From Acidimicrobiia bacterium (GTDB lineage Bacteria > Actinomycetota > Acidimicrobiia > Spongiisociales > ZC4RG35), in NCBI GenBank assembly GCA_035513335.1, contig DATKCE010000017.1, positions 13,255 to 77,254 of the forward strand: a stretch of DNA of 64,000 nucleotides. The letters run 5' to 3'. The number at the start of each line of letters is the position of its first letter. Position 1 is the stretch's first letter. The notes under the pieces were generated by a model. It did no database searches. It saw nothing but the letters and a program-made list of their open reading frames with translations, and was not told the origin of the DNA. Both the position numbers and the translations under genes were made by a program. Of the stretch, positions 9,172 through 18,120 are shown in pieces.

Positions 9172-10563
9172 ATGACCTCATTCGATGCGGCGGTGGTGGG
9201 CGCCGGACCCACCGGTCTCGCCGCCGCGTTGGAGCTGGCACGCTCGGGTATGAAAGCCCTCCTCGTCGAAGCGTCCGATGAGATCGGCGGAGGCACCCGG
9301 ACCGCCGAGTTGACACTCCCCGGGTTCAAACACGATGTGTGCTCCGCCATCCACCCGGCCGCGATCGCCTCCCCGTACTTCGACGAGATCGACCTCGAGG
9401 TCGACTGGGTGCAGCCACCAATCCCGTTCACCCATCCCCTCGATGATGGCCGAGCGGTGGCAATGCACAGATCGGTCGAGGAGACCGCCGCCGGCCTGGG
9501 CGACGACGGAGACCGGTATCGCGATCTGATGGGTCCGTTTGTCGAACGCATCGACGTGATGGTGGACGCGGCCCTTCGCCCGGTGACCGTGATCCCGAAC
9601 AACCCTCTGGCTTTTGCTCGGCTCGGCGTGGTGGGCGGGCTTCCCGCCGCCGTCCTGGCCAAGCGCTTCGCATCAGACGATGCGAAGGCCCTGATCGCCG
9701 GAGTCTTCGCTCACGCCATCGCCCCGTTTCACGCCCCCGCGACCGCGGCGGTTGGGATCATGCTGGGAGCGATAGCCCACAGCCACGGGTGGCCCATTGC
9801 CCGAGGGGGGTCGCAGACCATCGCCACCGCCCTGGCGGCTCGCTTCGTCGACCTGGGCGGAGAGATCGAAGTGGGAAAGACCGTCTCCTCTACTGACGAA
9901 CTCGACGCCGACAAGGTCTTCCTCGACGTGATGCCACCCGCCGCCCTCTCCATCGCCAAGGATCGCATCTCGTCCGCGAGCGCCCGACGGCTGTCCCGGT
10001 GGAAGCCGGGCCCAGGCATCTTCAAGCTCGATTGGGCACTGGACGGGCCGATTCCATGGATCGACCCCCTCAGCCCCCGAGCCGGCACCGTCCACCTCGG
10101 TGGCAGTTACGCAGACGTGGCCGCCGCCGAGCGCGCCGTGGGTAAGGGTGAGCACCCTCGCCGGCCTTTCGTTCTCCTGGCCCAACAGTCACTGTTCGAC
10201 GAGTCACGTGCCCCCGAGGGCATGCACACTGCCTGGGCATACTGCCACGTGCCAAACGGCTCGGATGTCGACATGACCGAAGCCGTCGAGGACCAGGTGG
10301 AGCGGTTCGCACCCGGGTTTCGGGACCGCATCCTGGAAAGGAGCTCGTGGGGGTCGATGGCCTATCAGGACTACAACCCCAACTACGTCGGCGGCGACAT
10401 CGGTGGCGGCCAGTTTGGGCTGGCCAAGGTCCTGCAAATCGGATCCAAGGCCCCCTACGACCTCGGAGGCGGGGTGTTTCTGTGCTCTGCTGCGGTCCCC
10501 CCCGGCGCCGGCGTCCACGGGATGTGTGGATATCTCGCGGTGAGAGCCGCCATGGACGAGTGA
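9172..10563 (+). CDS. FAD-dependent oxidoreductase, phytoene desaturase (CrtI)-like family
   Basis: N-terminal dinucleotide fold AVVGAGPTGLAAALELARSG just after ATG 9172. The ORF-track N-terminal extension overlaps the upstream gene and terminator. Confidence 0.75.
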   Translation: MTSFDAAVVGAGPTGLAAALELARSGMKALLVEASDEIGGGTRTAELTLPGFKHDVCSAIHPAAIASPYFDEIDLEVDWVQPPIPFTHPLDDGRAVAMHRSVEETAAGLGDDGDRYRDLMGPFVERIDVMVDAALRPVTVIPNNPLAFARLGVVGGLPAAVLAKRFASDDAKALIAGVFAHAIAPFHAPATAAVGIMLGAIAHSHGWPIARGGSQTIATALAARFVDLGGEIEVGKTVSSTDELDADKVFLDVMPPAALSIAKDRISSASARRLSRWKPGPGIFKLDWALDGPIPWIDPLSPRAGTVHLGGSYADVAAAERAVGKGEHPRRPFVLLAQQSLFDESRAPEGMHTAWAYCHVPNGSDVDMTEAVEDQVERFAPGFRDRILERSSWGSMAYQDYNPNYVGGDIGGGQFGLAKVLQIGSKAPYDLGGGVFLCSAAVPPGAGVHGMCGYLAVRAAMDE

Positions 10564-10640
10564 CGAAAGACATGCTCCTCGATGTCCAAATGGGCCGTTC
10601 GACCCTCAAGCCACAGCCGGGGGCTGCCGAAACCCTCACC

Positions 10641-10910
10641 ATGACAGCAACCAGTCACCCGGCCAACGCATGGGCCACTCATCCCGCCGGGAAGGCAGTA
10701 AGGGTCTTCATCGCGGCGACAGGAATGGTCACAGCCACCTTCGTCCTGATGACTGCCTCCCTGGTGTCGTCAGGCTCTTGGGCGCTCGTACTCCTCGGGG
10801 TGGGGCTCGCCGCATCGGCGATCCGCGCCGCTCGGGTACCAACCGTCACCAGGTTGGCTCTCGTGGCCGCGGCCCTCATCGCCATCCCCCTGTCCATCCA
10901 GGTCTTTTGA
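10641..10910 (+). CDS. Small hypothetical membrane protein
   Basis: Three hydrophobic helices in an 89-aa translation. Start uncertain (10572, 10590 or 10641). Followed by a terminator hairpin. Confidence 0.35.
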   Translation: MTATSHPANAWATHPAGKAVRVFIAATGMVTATFVLMTASLVSSGSWALVLLGVGLAASAIRAARVPTVTRLALVAAALIAIPLSIQVF

Positions 10911-10946
10911 ACTCAACGGGTCCCGATACGAGGGCCCGCACGCAAG

Positions 10947-10975
10947 CAACGGCCACCGGCTAACGGTGGCCGTTG
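10947..10975 (+). terminator. Terminator-like hairpin
   Basis: Perfect 12-bp stem caacggccaccg / cggtggccgttg with a 5-nt loop, then aatgttt. Confidence 0.6.
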
Positions 10976-11184
10976 AATGTTTGGATATCACTGACATGGG
11001 GGACATTCCCCATATACAGAGCGGCGTCGATCGGACATCATGGAGGTCAGTAGGGGGACTTCAGGGCAAGAACTCCGTCCCTCGAAGCGACAATGGGGAC
11101 CTCACCTGGGGAGCCGTCTCGACGGCTCCCCAGGCCCTCGTCCGGGGCTCATGGGCCAGGTGACCCCGGCTAGCTTCCCAACCT

Positions 11185-12303
11185 ATGTTGCGAGGGCGAT
11201 TCATCCAGCGGGGGAGCCCGGAGCTGGAGTCGACTCTCCGCCGCATGGTGGTCGTGTTCCGCTTCCTCGGTTGGATCTGGATGACCCTCCTGGTCGTGGT
11301 GACACTGGCTTCCAGCCCTCCCCCACGTCTCTGGATCGTCTACGGATCATTGGTGCTGGCCACCGTGTGGACCTTCCTGACGTGGTACATGGCGCGCAAC
11401 CATCCCGCGCGCCTCGCCGGCCCCCTCTGGTTCGTATTCGACTCCGCAGCCATGCTCGCCGTGGGCGCCGCCTCGGTAGCCGCTGGAGCGGGTGAGCTGT
11501 TCCACGGTGGCATGCCGCTCTCCTACGTGTTCGTCGGGGCCCTCTGGGGTGGCCTTCCCGGATCTCTCATCGCCGCCATCCTGCTCGCCATCGAGCAGTT
11601 CGCCGTCCATGTGATCGCCGACCTCGGCGCAGTCCGAGCCGCAGGAAGCATCATCTTCTTCATCATCGCCGCCATCGTGGGATGGACGTTCGACAGACTC
11701 CGTGACTACGACCTCGCCCGCCAGCGAGCCGAGGGACAGCTCGCCGCCGAGAGAGAGACGTTGGCCGCCCACGAAGCTCGCGTCGAGTTGGTCAACAAGC
11801 TCCACGACTCGGTGTTGCAGACGTTCCATGCCATCCGGATGGGCGCCGACGACCCGGCGCAGTCCCGCTACCTGGCGCGCCGACAGGAGCGGGAACTGCG
11901 ACGAAACATCGAGGAGTGGCGCTCGCAGCACGAGAAGAGCTTCAAGGCGGCGTTGCTGGCCATCCGGGACGACGTCGAGGACATCCATCGGGTCGAGATC
12001 GAGGCCGTCATCCGCGATGACGCTCCTTTGACCCCGGACCTGGAGGCGGCGATCGAGGCGGCGCGGGAGGCGTTGACCAACGCGGTAAAGCACTCGAGCG
12101 CGCAGAGCATCTCGATCTTTTCGGAACTGGTGGACGACACCGCGCACATCCACATCAGGGACAACGGGAAGGGCATGGAGAATTCCGTGTTGGCACGTCT
12201 GGCGGCACGCCTCAACGAGAGAGTCGAAAGCGTCGGCGGCCTGGTCGCCGTCGACTCCGGCGACACGGCCGGAACCGAGGTGAAGATCACGGTGGGACTG
12301 TGA
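11185..12303 (+). CDS. Sensor histidine kinase (HisKA_3 / NarL-partner type), polytopic N-terminus
   Basis: H-box LHDSVLQTFHAIRM, N-box ALTNAVKHS, G1 IRDNGKGM. About 5 TM helices at the N-terminus. Stop overlaps the response-regulator start. Confidence 0.85.
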   Translation: MLRGRFIQRGSPELESTLRRMVVVFRFLGWIWMTLLVVVTLASSPPPRLWIVYGSLVLATVWTFLTWYMARNHPARLAGPLWFVFDSAAMLAVGAASVAAGAGELFHGGMPLSYVFVGALWGGLPGSLIAAILLAIEQFAVHVIADLGAVRAAGSIIFFIIAAIVGWTFDRLRDYDLARQRAEGQLAAERETLAAHEARVELVNKLHDSVLQTFHAIRMGADDPAQSRYLARRQERELRRNIEEWRSQHEKSFKAALLAIRDDVEDIHRVEIEAVIRDDAPLTPDLEAAIEAAREALTNAVKHSSAQSISIFSELVDDTAHIHIRDNGKGMENSVLARLAARLNERVESVGGLVAVDSGDTAGTEVKITVGL

Positions 12304-12971
12304 GGCGTCGCATCTTCCTCGTCGACGATCACGACATCGTGCGGGCCGGAATGAAATCGGTGCTCTCTTCGACCTTCGATATCGTCGGCGAGGCCGCGGA
12401 TGTCGACAGCGCCATCTCAGGAATCCTCGACAACGAGCCCGAGTTGGTGGTGCTCGACGTCAAGCTGCCAGGCGGCGGGGGTGCCGAGGTGATCCGCGCG
12501 GTGCGCGGGGAGCGGCCCGACGTCCTCTTCATGGCCCTGACGGTCTCGACCTCACGCGGCGACGTCGTGCAGATGATGCAGGAAGGAGTCGACGGGTACA
12601 TCACCAAGACGACGCTGACCGACGAGCTACCAGACCTGATCGAACAGACAGCCGAGGGGCAACGTCCGGTATCTCCCGAGGTGGCGGCGTTCCTGCTCGA
12701 CATCGACGAGAACATCGCGGCAGGATCCTCGATCGAACGGCTGACTCCGCGCGAGCGGGAGGTGGTGAATCTCATCGCCCGCGGCTACTCATACCGTGAG
12801 ACCGCCAATCGTCTCAGCATCTCCGTGAAGACACTGGAGAACCACATGGGCCACATTTTCGAGAAGCTGTCCGTAGCCAGCCGTCACGAGCTGGCGGCGC
12901 TGGCCTACGAGGAGGGGTATGTCGAGGGGCCCTCCGGACGGACTCAGTGGGAGGCGGACACGAACCGATAA
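12300..12971 (+). CDS. LuxR/NarL-family response regulator
   Basis: Receiver IFLVDDHDIVRAG...VVLDVKLPGGGG. C-terminal LuxR HTH REREVVNLIARGYSYRETANRLSISVKTLENH. Confidence 0.9.
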   Translation: MRRRIFLVDDHDIVRAGMKSVLSSTFDIVGEAADVDSAISGILDNEPELVVLDVKLPGGGGAEVIRAVRGERPDVLFMALTVSTSRGDVVQMMQEGVDGYITKTTLTDELPDLIEQTAEGQRPVSPEVAAFLLDIDENIAAGSSIERLTPREREVVNLIARGYSYRETANRLSISVKTLENHMGHIFEKLSVASRHELAALAYEEGYVEGPSGRTQWEADTNR

Positions 12972-13612
12972 CCCATCCCGCGCACGGTCTGGATCGATTC
13001 GCTCCCCAACTTCTTGCGCAGATAGCCGACGTATACGTCGACGACGTTGCTCCCCGGGTCGAAGTCGTACCCCCACACCCGGGAGAGGAGCTGCTCGCGG
13101 GAAAGCACCTGGCCGGGATGCTGCATCAGAGTCTCGGCGAGCGCGAACTCCCGCGCCGACAGGTCGACCTCGGCGCCGCCTACCTTCGCCCTCCGGGTGC
13201 GCAGATCGAGGCTGATGTCGCCGGACTCGAGAACGGTCGTGTCGGCGGTCGGCGTATCGCGAAGCCTGACCCTGACCCGGGCGAGGATTTCCTGGAATGA
13301 GAAAGGCTTGGTCACGTAGTCGTCCGCACCCCCTTCCAGGCCGGCCACCGTGTCCTGGACGCTCTTGCGGGCGGTGAGGATGATCACGGGCATCTTCTCC
13401 CCGCGCGCACGGATGTCGGTCAGGACCTCCCTGCCATCCATCCCGGGGAGGCCCAGGTCCAGGATCATCAAATCGAAAACGCCGTCGCGGGCGGCGAGGG
13501 CCGCACTGACACCGTCGCCGATGACCATCGTGGTGAATCCCTCGGCCCGCAGCCCCTTTTCGAGAAACGAAGCGATTCCGGGCTCGTCCTCGACAATGAG
13601 AATCCGGCTCAC
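12944..13612 (-). CDS. OmpR/PhoB-family response regulator
   Basis: Receiver ILIVEDEP...MILDLGLPGMDG. Winged-helix C-terminus ending VRGMGYRF. Confidence 0.9.
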   Translation of the reverse strand: MSRILIVEDEPGIASFLEKGLRAEGFTTMVIGDGVSAALAARDGVFDLMILDLGLPGMDGREVLTDIRARGEKMPVIILTARKSVQDTVAGLEGGADDYVTKPFSFQEILARVRVRLRDTPTADTTVLESGDISLDLRTRRAKVGGAEVDLSAREFALAETLMQHPGQVLSREQLLSRVWGYDFDPGSNVVDVYVGYLRKKLGSESIQTVRGMGYRFVSASH

Positions 13613-15048
13613 GCCGGAGCCGGTGGAGCAGAGGGGATGGTGATGGTGAAGAGATTCCCCCCTCCTGACGGAGCATCCAGGGTGACCCGACCCCCGTGGG
13701 CCTGGGCGATGGCGGCCACTATGGCGAGCCCGAGACCGGCACCCTCGGTCTTCCGTCGTTCGGTTTCGACACGGGCGAACCTGTCGAAGATGCGGTCTCG
13801 CTCGGTTTCGGGAATCGGCTCACCGCCGTCCCTGACCCATAGGTGGACGTTTCCTCTCCAGTCGAGACGGCTTCCGAGCCGGACTTCGGTCCCGGGAGGG
13901 GTGTGCTCGATCGTGTTGCGGATGAGATTCATCATCGCCTGATTGAGTCTATGTCTGTCCGCTTCCACCACCACATGGTCGGTGCTCTCCACTATCCACG
14001 GTCGATCGTCGAGGGCCGTAGCCTTGGTCACCAGGTCGTTGGTGAACTCGCCCAGGTCCATCGGTGCGAGCTGAATGAAGTCGGGCTGCTCGGCCTTGGC
14101 GAGGTCGAGCAGGTCGTCGACGATCCGCGACATGCGGTCGAGCTCATCGGTGACCAGCGCAACCGTCTCCTCGCGCTCCGCCGGGTCGTCACCCATGACC
14201 TCGAGGTTTCCCCGGATGATGGTTATAGGCGTCCGCAACTCGTGACCCGCGTCGTCGACGAACCTCTGCTGTGACGCAAAGGCATGATCCAGACGGTCGA
14301 GCATCGAGTTGAACGTCCTTCCCAACTCCGCGATCTCGTCGTCACCGTCCACCTCGATCCGCTTCGAGAGGTCGTCGGTGTCGCTGATCGACATCGCGGT
14401 CTCGGACAGGTCGGTCAGTGGGCGGAGGATTCGCCCCGCGGCCACCCAGGCAAGAGCAGAGGCGAGGAGGAAGATCGAGCCGTACACGACCGCTCCGAGC
14501 CGGATGACGTCGTTCACCGCAGCGAGCCTGCTCTCCATGATGACGCTGACCACGAAGACGCCGCCCTCCGCCTCGCCGACGATGGGAACCGCCAGATAGT
14601 GGATCGCACCGAGGGTGGGGTCGTCGAGAACCCCGCGCTCACTGTCGACCAGAGCTCCCCAGCGCTCAGCTTCAGGGATGCGGGCGATCCGGGCCCCGGT
14701 GACATCGGTCTTGTAGATCTCCTCGTTCACGAACGTGATCAGGCCCTCTCCTTCGAGGGGGACGTTGCGAGCGAGGAACGTGTCGAAGATCGCCGTGATG
14801 TTCCCGCCGAACGGCTCGCCGGTGGCGGGGTCCACACCCCCGACGAGTGCCCCCAACTCCTCCACCTCCTGGTCGAGGGCACTCTCCGCATCCGCTTCCG
14901 CCTGGGCGAGGAGGAAGGTGCGCTGGAGGAAGAGGGCGGCGATGAGGGAGATGGCGAGGAGGGCCACATACCAGCCCAGGATGCGGACCCGCACCGACGA
15001 CGAACGCCGACTCTGGGCGTCATTGGTCGCAGGGTCGGTGTTCACCAT
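13609..15048 (-). CDS. Sensor histidine kinase (two TM helices, periplasmic domain, HAMP, HisKA, HATPase)
   Basis: H-box HELRTPITII, N-box NLIRNTIEHT, G2 GAGLGLAIV. Overlaps the downstream response-regulator start. Confidence 0.9.
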   Translation of the reverse strand: MVNTDPATNDAQSRRSSSVRVRILGWYVALLAISLIAALFLQRTFLLAQAEADAESALDQEVEELGALVGGVDPATGEPFGGNITAIFDTFLARNVPLEGEGLITFVNEEIYKTDVTGARIARIPEAERWGALVDSERGVLDDPTLGAIHYLAVPIVGEAEGGVFVVSVIMESRLAAVNDVIRLGAVVYGSIFLLASALAWVAAGRILRPLTDLSETAMSISDTDDLSKRIEVDGDDEIAELGRTFNSMLDRLDHAFASQQRFVDDAGHELRTPITIIRGNLEVMGDDPAEREETVALVTDELDRMSRIVDDLLDLAKAEQPDFIQLAPMDLGEFTNDLVTKATALDDRPWIVESTDHVVVEADRHRLNQAMMNLIRNTIEHTPPGTEVRLGSRLDWRGNVHLWVRDGGEPIPETERDRIFDRFARVETERRKTEGAGLGLAIVAAIAQAHGGRVTLDAPSGGGNLFTITIPSAPPAPA

Positions 15049-15124
15049 TGGAGGTTAGGCGGAGGGGACGGGGAAGCCGCATGGGGCAGGGCGGAGGCGG
15101 CGGCTCCCCCGTCTGGGGCCCGGT

Positions 15125-15574
15125 TCAGGTGTCGAGCGAGTCGAGCGAGTCGTCGGGGGAGTCGTCGGGGGAGTCGTCGGGGGAGTCGTCCGGGGAGTCG
15201 TCCGGGGAGTCGTCCGCGGAGTCGTCCGGAGAGTCGTCGGGGGAGTCCTGCGCCAAGGTCGTCGCCGGGGAATCGTCCGGAGAGTCCTGTATCTCGGGCG
15301 AGGAGTCGGGCGAATCCTCGGTGTCGGCACTCGCCAACGGGGAGTCGAACGAGTCGTCCATCGTGAACGACGGCGCCGGAACGACCTCGAAGTCCGGGTT
15401 GGTGGGCGTGGTGAAAACAGTGCCTTTGTCTCGGGTGTCCTGGATCTCGATCGGGGGCGGGGTGTCGGCCGGGTCCCCAGGGCTGGCTATGGCCAGTCCG
15501 CTCACACCCAGTGCCGCCACGGTGGCGACGCTGGCCACGACCTTCCAATTCTTGACTTGCTCACGTGTCTGCAT
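15125..15574 (-). CDS. Secreted acidic protein with C-terminal (D-D-S-P)n tandem repeats
   Basis: GAGGAG about 5 nt before ATG 15574. Signal-peptide-like VASVATVAALGVSGLAIASP. The C-terminus is about 8 DDSP units. Lies directly upstream of the HK-RR pair on the same strand. Confidence 0.6.
   Translation of the reverse strand: MQTREQVKNWKVVASVATVAALGVSGLAIASPGDPADTPPPIEIQDTRDKGTVFTTPTNPDFEVVPAPSFTMDDSFDSPLASADTEDSPDSSPEIQDSPDDSPATTLAQDSPDDSPDDSADDSPDDSPDDSPDDSPDDSPDDSLDSLDT
15135..15254. repeat. Tandem repeat: 12-nt unit gagtcgtcgggg x8 (15147-15242) plus degenerate flanking units
   Basis: Read directly from the sequence. In-frame unit encoding DDSP on the minus strand. Confidence 0.9.
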
Positions 15575-15608
15575 GGTCACTCCTCGTTCTTGTCTGATCT
15601 GATATTGA

Positions 15609-16871
15609 TCATGATGCGAGACCCTCGTGAGACCTCCCTGAGGTGGCGATGAGACTTCTCTCATCGACTCGTCGCGCGCTCTGGACCCACTGCTCGGCGA
15701 TCACGATTCGCTCGATCGTTTCGGTCACCCAGTTGGGGCGGTTCACCCGGAAAGGCCCGGTAGCCAGTCCCAGCACCACGGCAGCAGTCCTCAGTCGCAG
15801 ATCGGTGGGATCGACCTTCGTGTCCCAGTAGAGGTTGAGGTCACGAGCCAGGCTCATCGTCTGCGCCGGGTTCGCGCAACTGGGGGCCAGCAGATGGAGG
15901 TGGGCGAGCATCGTGGCCGCGTCGTCGCCGGAATGACCCCACCCATAGGTGTCGACGTCGATGAGGCCGATCGGCATCTCACCCCTGGTCAGAATCTGCG
16001 CTTCGTGGAAGTCTCCATGCACCGGGACTCGCTCCGTGCCACGCTCCGATCCGATCTCGCCGACGAGGAGATCGAGGCGGTCTCGCTCCGTGGGCAGGAG
16101 CCCGCCGAGCAGGGCCACTAGGTTCGGCAAGGTCTCGAACGGTGACTTCGATGTCCAACCGGCCGGTGGCTGTGGCAACCCCTCGATCATGCGGGCGAGA
16201 GTCGCCGCGTCCGGAAGTGGGTGTGTCCCGGCTCTCAGGGCCGTGCGGAGATCCTTGCCGGGCAGAGCTCTCATCACCACTACCCCGAGATCGGGAGCCA
16301 CACCCAGGCTGTCGGGAACCGGCAGGAAGTCGGAGAGGAACCGATGCTTCTCGTGCAGCTCGTCGACTTGCGCCGGAGGAACCACCTTCAGAAATATCGA
16401 GGATCGGCCCGCCCGAACCTCGACCACCGCCCGTCGTCCCGGGCGGTAGGAGCGGAGCCGGGCCCTTGTCACCTCATCGGTGGAACCGAGATCGGCGAGG
16501 ACCCTGCTCACCGTCGGAATGTCGAGTGTGGAGCGAAGCCCCGGCAACATCGGGTCGTCGGGGACCACCCAGAGCCCAACAGGCCCATCCGGTCCCTCCA
16601 CGATTGCGGCACCGGCGGGGATCCGGCCGATGGTGGCCACCACGTCGTTGTCACCGGATAGCTCGCCCTCGGAGCCGGATATCCGGTATCGCACCGTGAG
16701 TTGTCTGCCGGGCCACCAGGTGTTCTGGATCAGCGCGATCGCATCGATCGTCGTGCCGGCCGCCTCGTAGATGGCGGCGATGGGGCCGGGCAGGGGGCTG
16801 TGGATCAGTTCGGCGAAACCGCCCAGGTCGTCGTCGTTGGGATGATGAGGGCGCGTCGCCATCCGGTCCAT
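15609..16871 (-). CDS. Aminoglycoside-phosphotransferase (APH)-family kinase
   Basis: Only the C-terminal ~420 aa of the 811-aa track ORF is coding. It contains VHGDFHEAQIL and IDVDTYGWGHSGDD kinase motifs. Start is ATG 16871 or 16862. Confidence 0.7.
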   Translation of the reverse strand: MDRMATRPHHPNDDDLGGFAELIHSPLPGPIAAIYEAAGTTIDAIALIQNTWWPGRQLTVRYRISGSEGELSGDNDVVATIGRIPAGAAIVEGPDGPVGLWVVPDDPMLPGLRSTLDIPTVSRVLADLGSTDEVTRARLRSYRPGRRAVVEVRAGRSSIFLKVVPPAQVDELHEKHRFLSDFLPVPDSLGVAPDLGVVVMRALPGKDLRTALRAGTHPLPDAATLARMIEGLPQPPAGWTSKSPFETLPNLVALLGGLLPTERDRLDLLVGEIGSERGTERVPVHGDFHEAQILTRGEMPIGLIDVDTYGWGHSGDDAATMLAHLHLLAPSCANPAQTMSLARDLNLYWDTKVDPTDLRLRTAAVVLGLATGPFRVNRPNWVTETIERIVIAEQWVQSARRVDERSLIATSGRSHEGLAS

Positions 16872-16976
16872 GTCCCGACCATCGCACCACGGGGTGAGAA
16901 CCGAATGAGGAGAGCATGAGAAGGCTCTCATCTCCACCTGACCGCTCTTACGGCGAGCCCACACCAGACTGGCTCG

Positions 16977-18113
16977 GTGACGTTTCTCATCGTGGTCGCA
17001 TCCGGTGTCGCGCTGTTGGCACTGGTCCATCTCGTCGTGGGATGGTTCGTCGCCAACGGCCTCCACCGGGAGATGCTCGCGGTGAGACCGCGTTGCAAGG
17101 ACCTGGCAGTGAGGGTGAGAGAGGTTTCGTCGGATCGGATCGTCCTGGAGGCACCGGGCCCACGCCAGGACACCGGGCACCCCGGCACGTTGGGCCTGGT
17201 CTGGGAGGGTGGCCATGGGAGGGTGGGCGACCTGCTCGACGTCGATGGCACCCGATTCATCCGCCGTTTCGAGCCGATGCGAGGGATGCCTCCGATCTGT
17301 GTGGGTGAGCTCGAGTCGTGCCCTCCAGTGGAGCTCGATCCGCACGTGTTCTGGGATCCTGGCGATGTCTGTCTCCCGTTCCAGACGGTGACCTATCGGT
17401 CGCCCCTGGGAGACATGGAGGCGTGGCTGGTTCCGGGCGGGAGCCCTGACACCTGGGCCATCCACTGCCACGGATGGGCGGCGGAACGACGCGAGTTGGT
17501 CCGCATGCTCCCCACCTTCAACCGCCACGGGCTCACCTCCCTGGTCATCGACTATCGCAACGACCCTGACCGCCCCGCGGACCCCTCTGCTCGCCACCAG
17601 TTCGGGATGACCGAGTGGGAAGACCTGGAGGCAGCGGTGCAATGGGTGTTGGACCGGGGAGCCGAGCAGGTGGTGCTCACCGGCTGTTCGACCGGTGGCG
17701 CGCTGGTGATGTCGTTCCTCGAGCGCTCGAGATTGGCGGAGGCCGTCACCGGAATCGTCCTCGACGCTCCCAACCTCGTCCTCTCCGAGGTGATTCGGCA
17801 CGGGACGGGGGACATGCGGGCGACGCCTCTGATGATCGACTTCGGGATGTGGATCGCACATCTGCGCTGGGGAGTCGACTGGGAAGCGACCAACTTCGTG
17901 GAGCGTGCGTCTCAGATCCTCCGGATCCCGGTGCTGGTCTTCCACGGCACCTCGGATCAGACCGTTCCGATCTCGGTGAGTCGCCGTTTGGGGGCTCTGG
18001 TCCCGGAGCTGGTCGAGCTCGTCGAGTCGCCCGCGGCCGGCCACGTCCTGAGTTGGAACGCCAACCCCGAACGCTACGAGAGGTACCTCGAGAACTTCCT
18101 CGACAGGATCTGA
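16977..18113 (+). CDS. Membrane-anchored alpha/beta hydrolase
   Basis: N-terminal TM helix, nucleophile elbow GCSTG, later FHGTSD. GTG start. Confidence 0.75.
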   Translation: MTFLIVVASGVALLALVHLVVGWFVANGLHREMLAVRPRCKDLAVRVREVSSDRIVLEAPGPRQDTGHPGTLGLVWEGGHGRVGDLLDVDGTRFIRRFEPMRGMPPICVGELESCPPVELDPHVFWDPGDVCLPFQTVTYRSPLGDMEAWLVPGGSPDTWAIHCHGWAAERRELVRMLPTFNRHGLTSLVIDYRNDPDRPADPSARHQFGMTEWEDLEAAVQWVLDRGAEQVVLTGCSTGGALVMSFLERSRLAEAVTGIVLDAPNLVLSEVIRHGTGDMRATPLMIDFGMWIAHLRWGVDWEATNFVERASQILRIPVLVFHGTSDQTVPISVSRRLGALVPELVELVESPAAGHVLSWNANPERYERYLENFLDRI

Positions 18114-18120
18114 GTCGAGA

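Noticed and set aside
12944-12971. Two convergent gene pairs each overlap by exactly 28 nt: LuxR-RR with OmpR-RR here, and photolyase with KAS III at 22763-22790.
   Set aside because: The overlapping sequences are unrelated. The equal length appears to be coincidence, and the overlaps come from non-conserved C-terminal tails.
15048-15602. Plus-strand ORF reading the tandem repeat as (ESSG)n.
   Set aside because: It has no RBS or signal features and would run antisense into the kinase operon. The minus-strand reading has an RBS, a signal-peptide-like N-terminus and operon context. The ambiguity is noted in the finding.
15609-18044. 811-aa minus-strand ORF, the longest in the track.
   Set aside because: Only the C-terminal ~420 aa (from ATG 16871) look like a real APH-family kinase. 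The N-terminal ~390 aa are Arg/His/Pro-rich and lie antisense to a well-supported alpha/beta hydrolase gene at 16977-18113. It is a GC-driven shadow ORF fused in frame.
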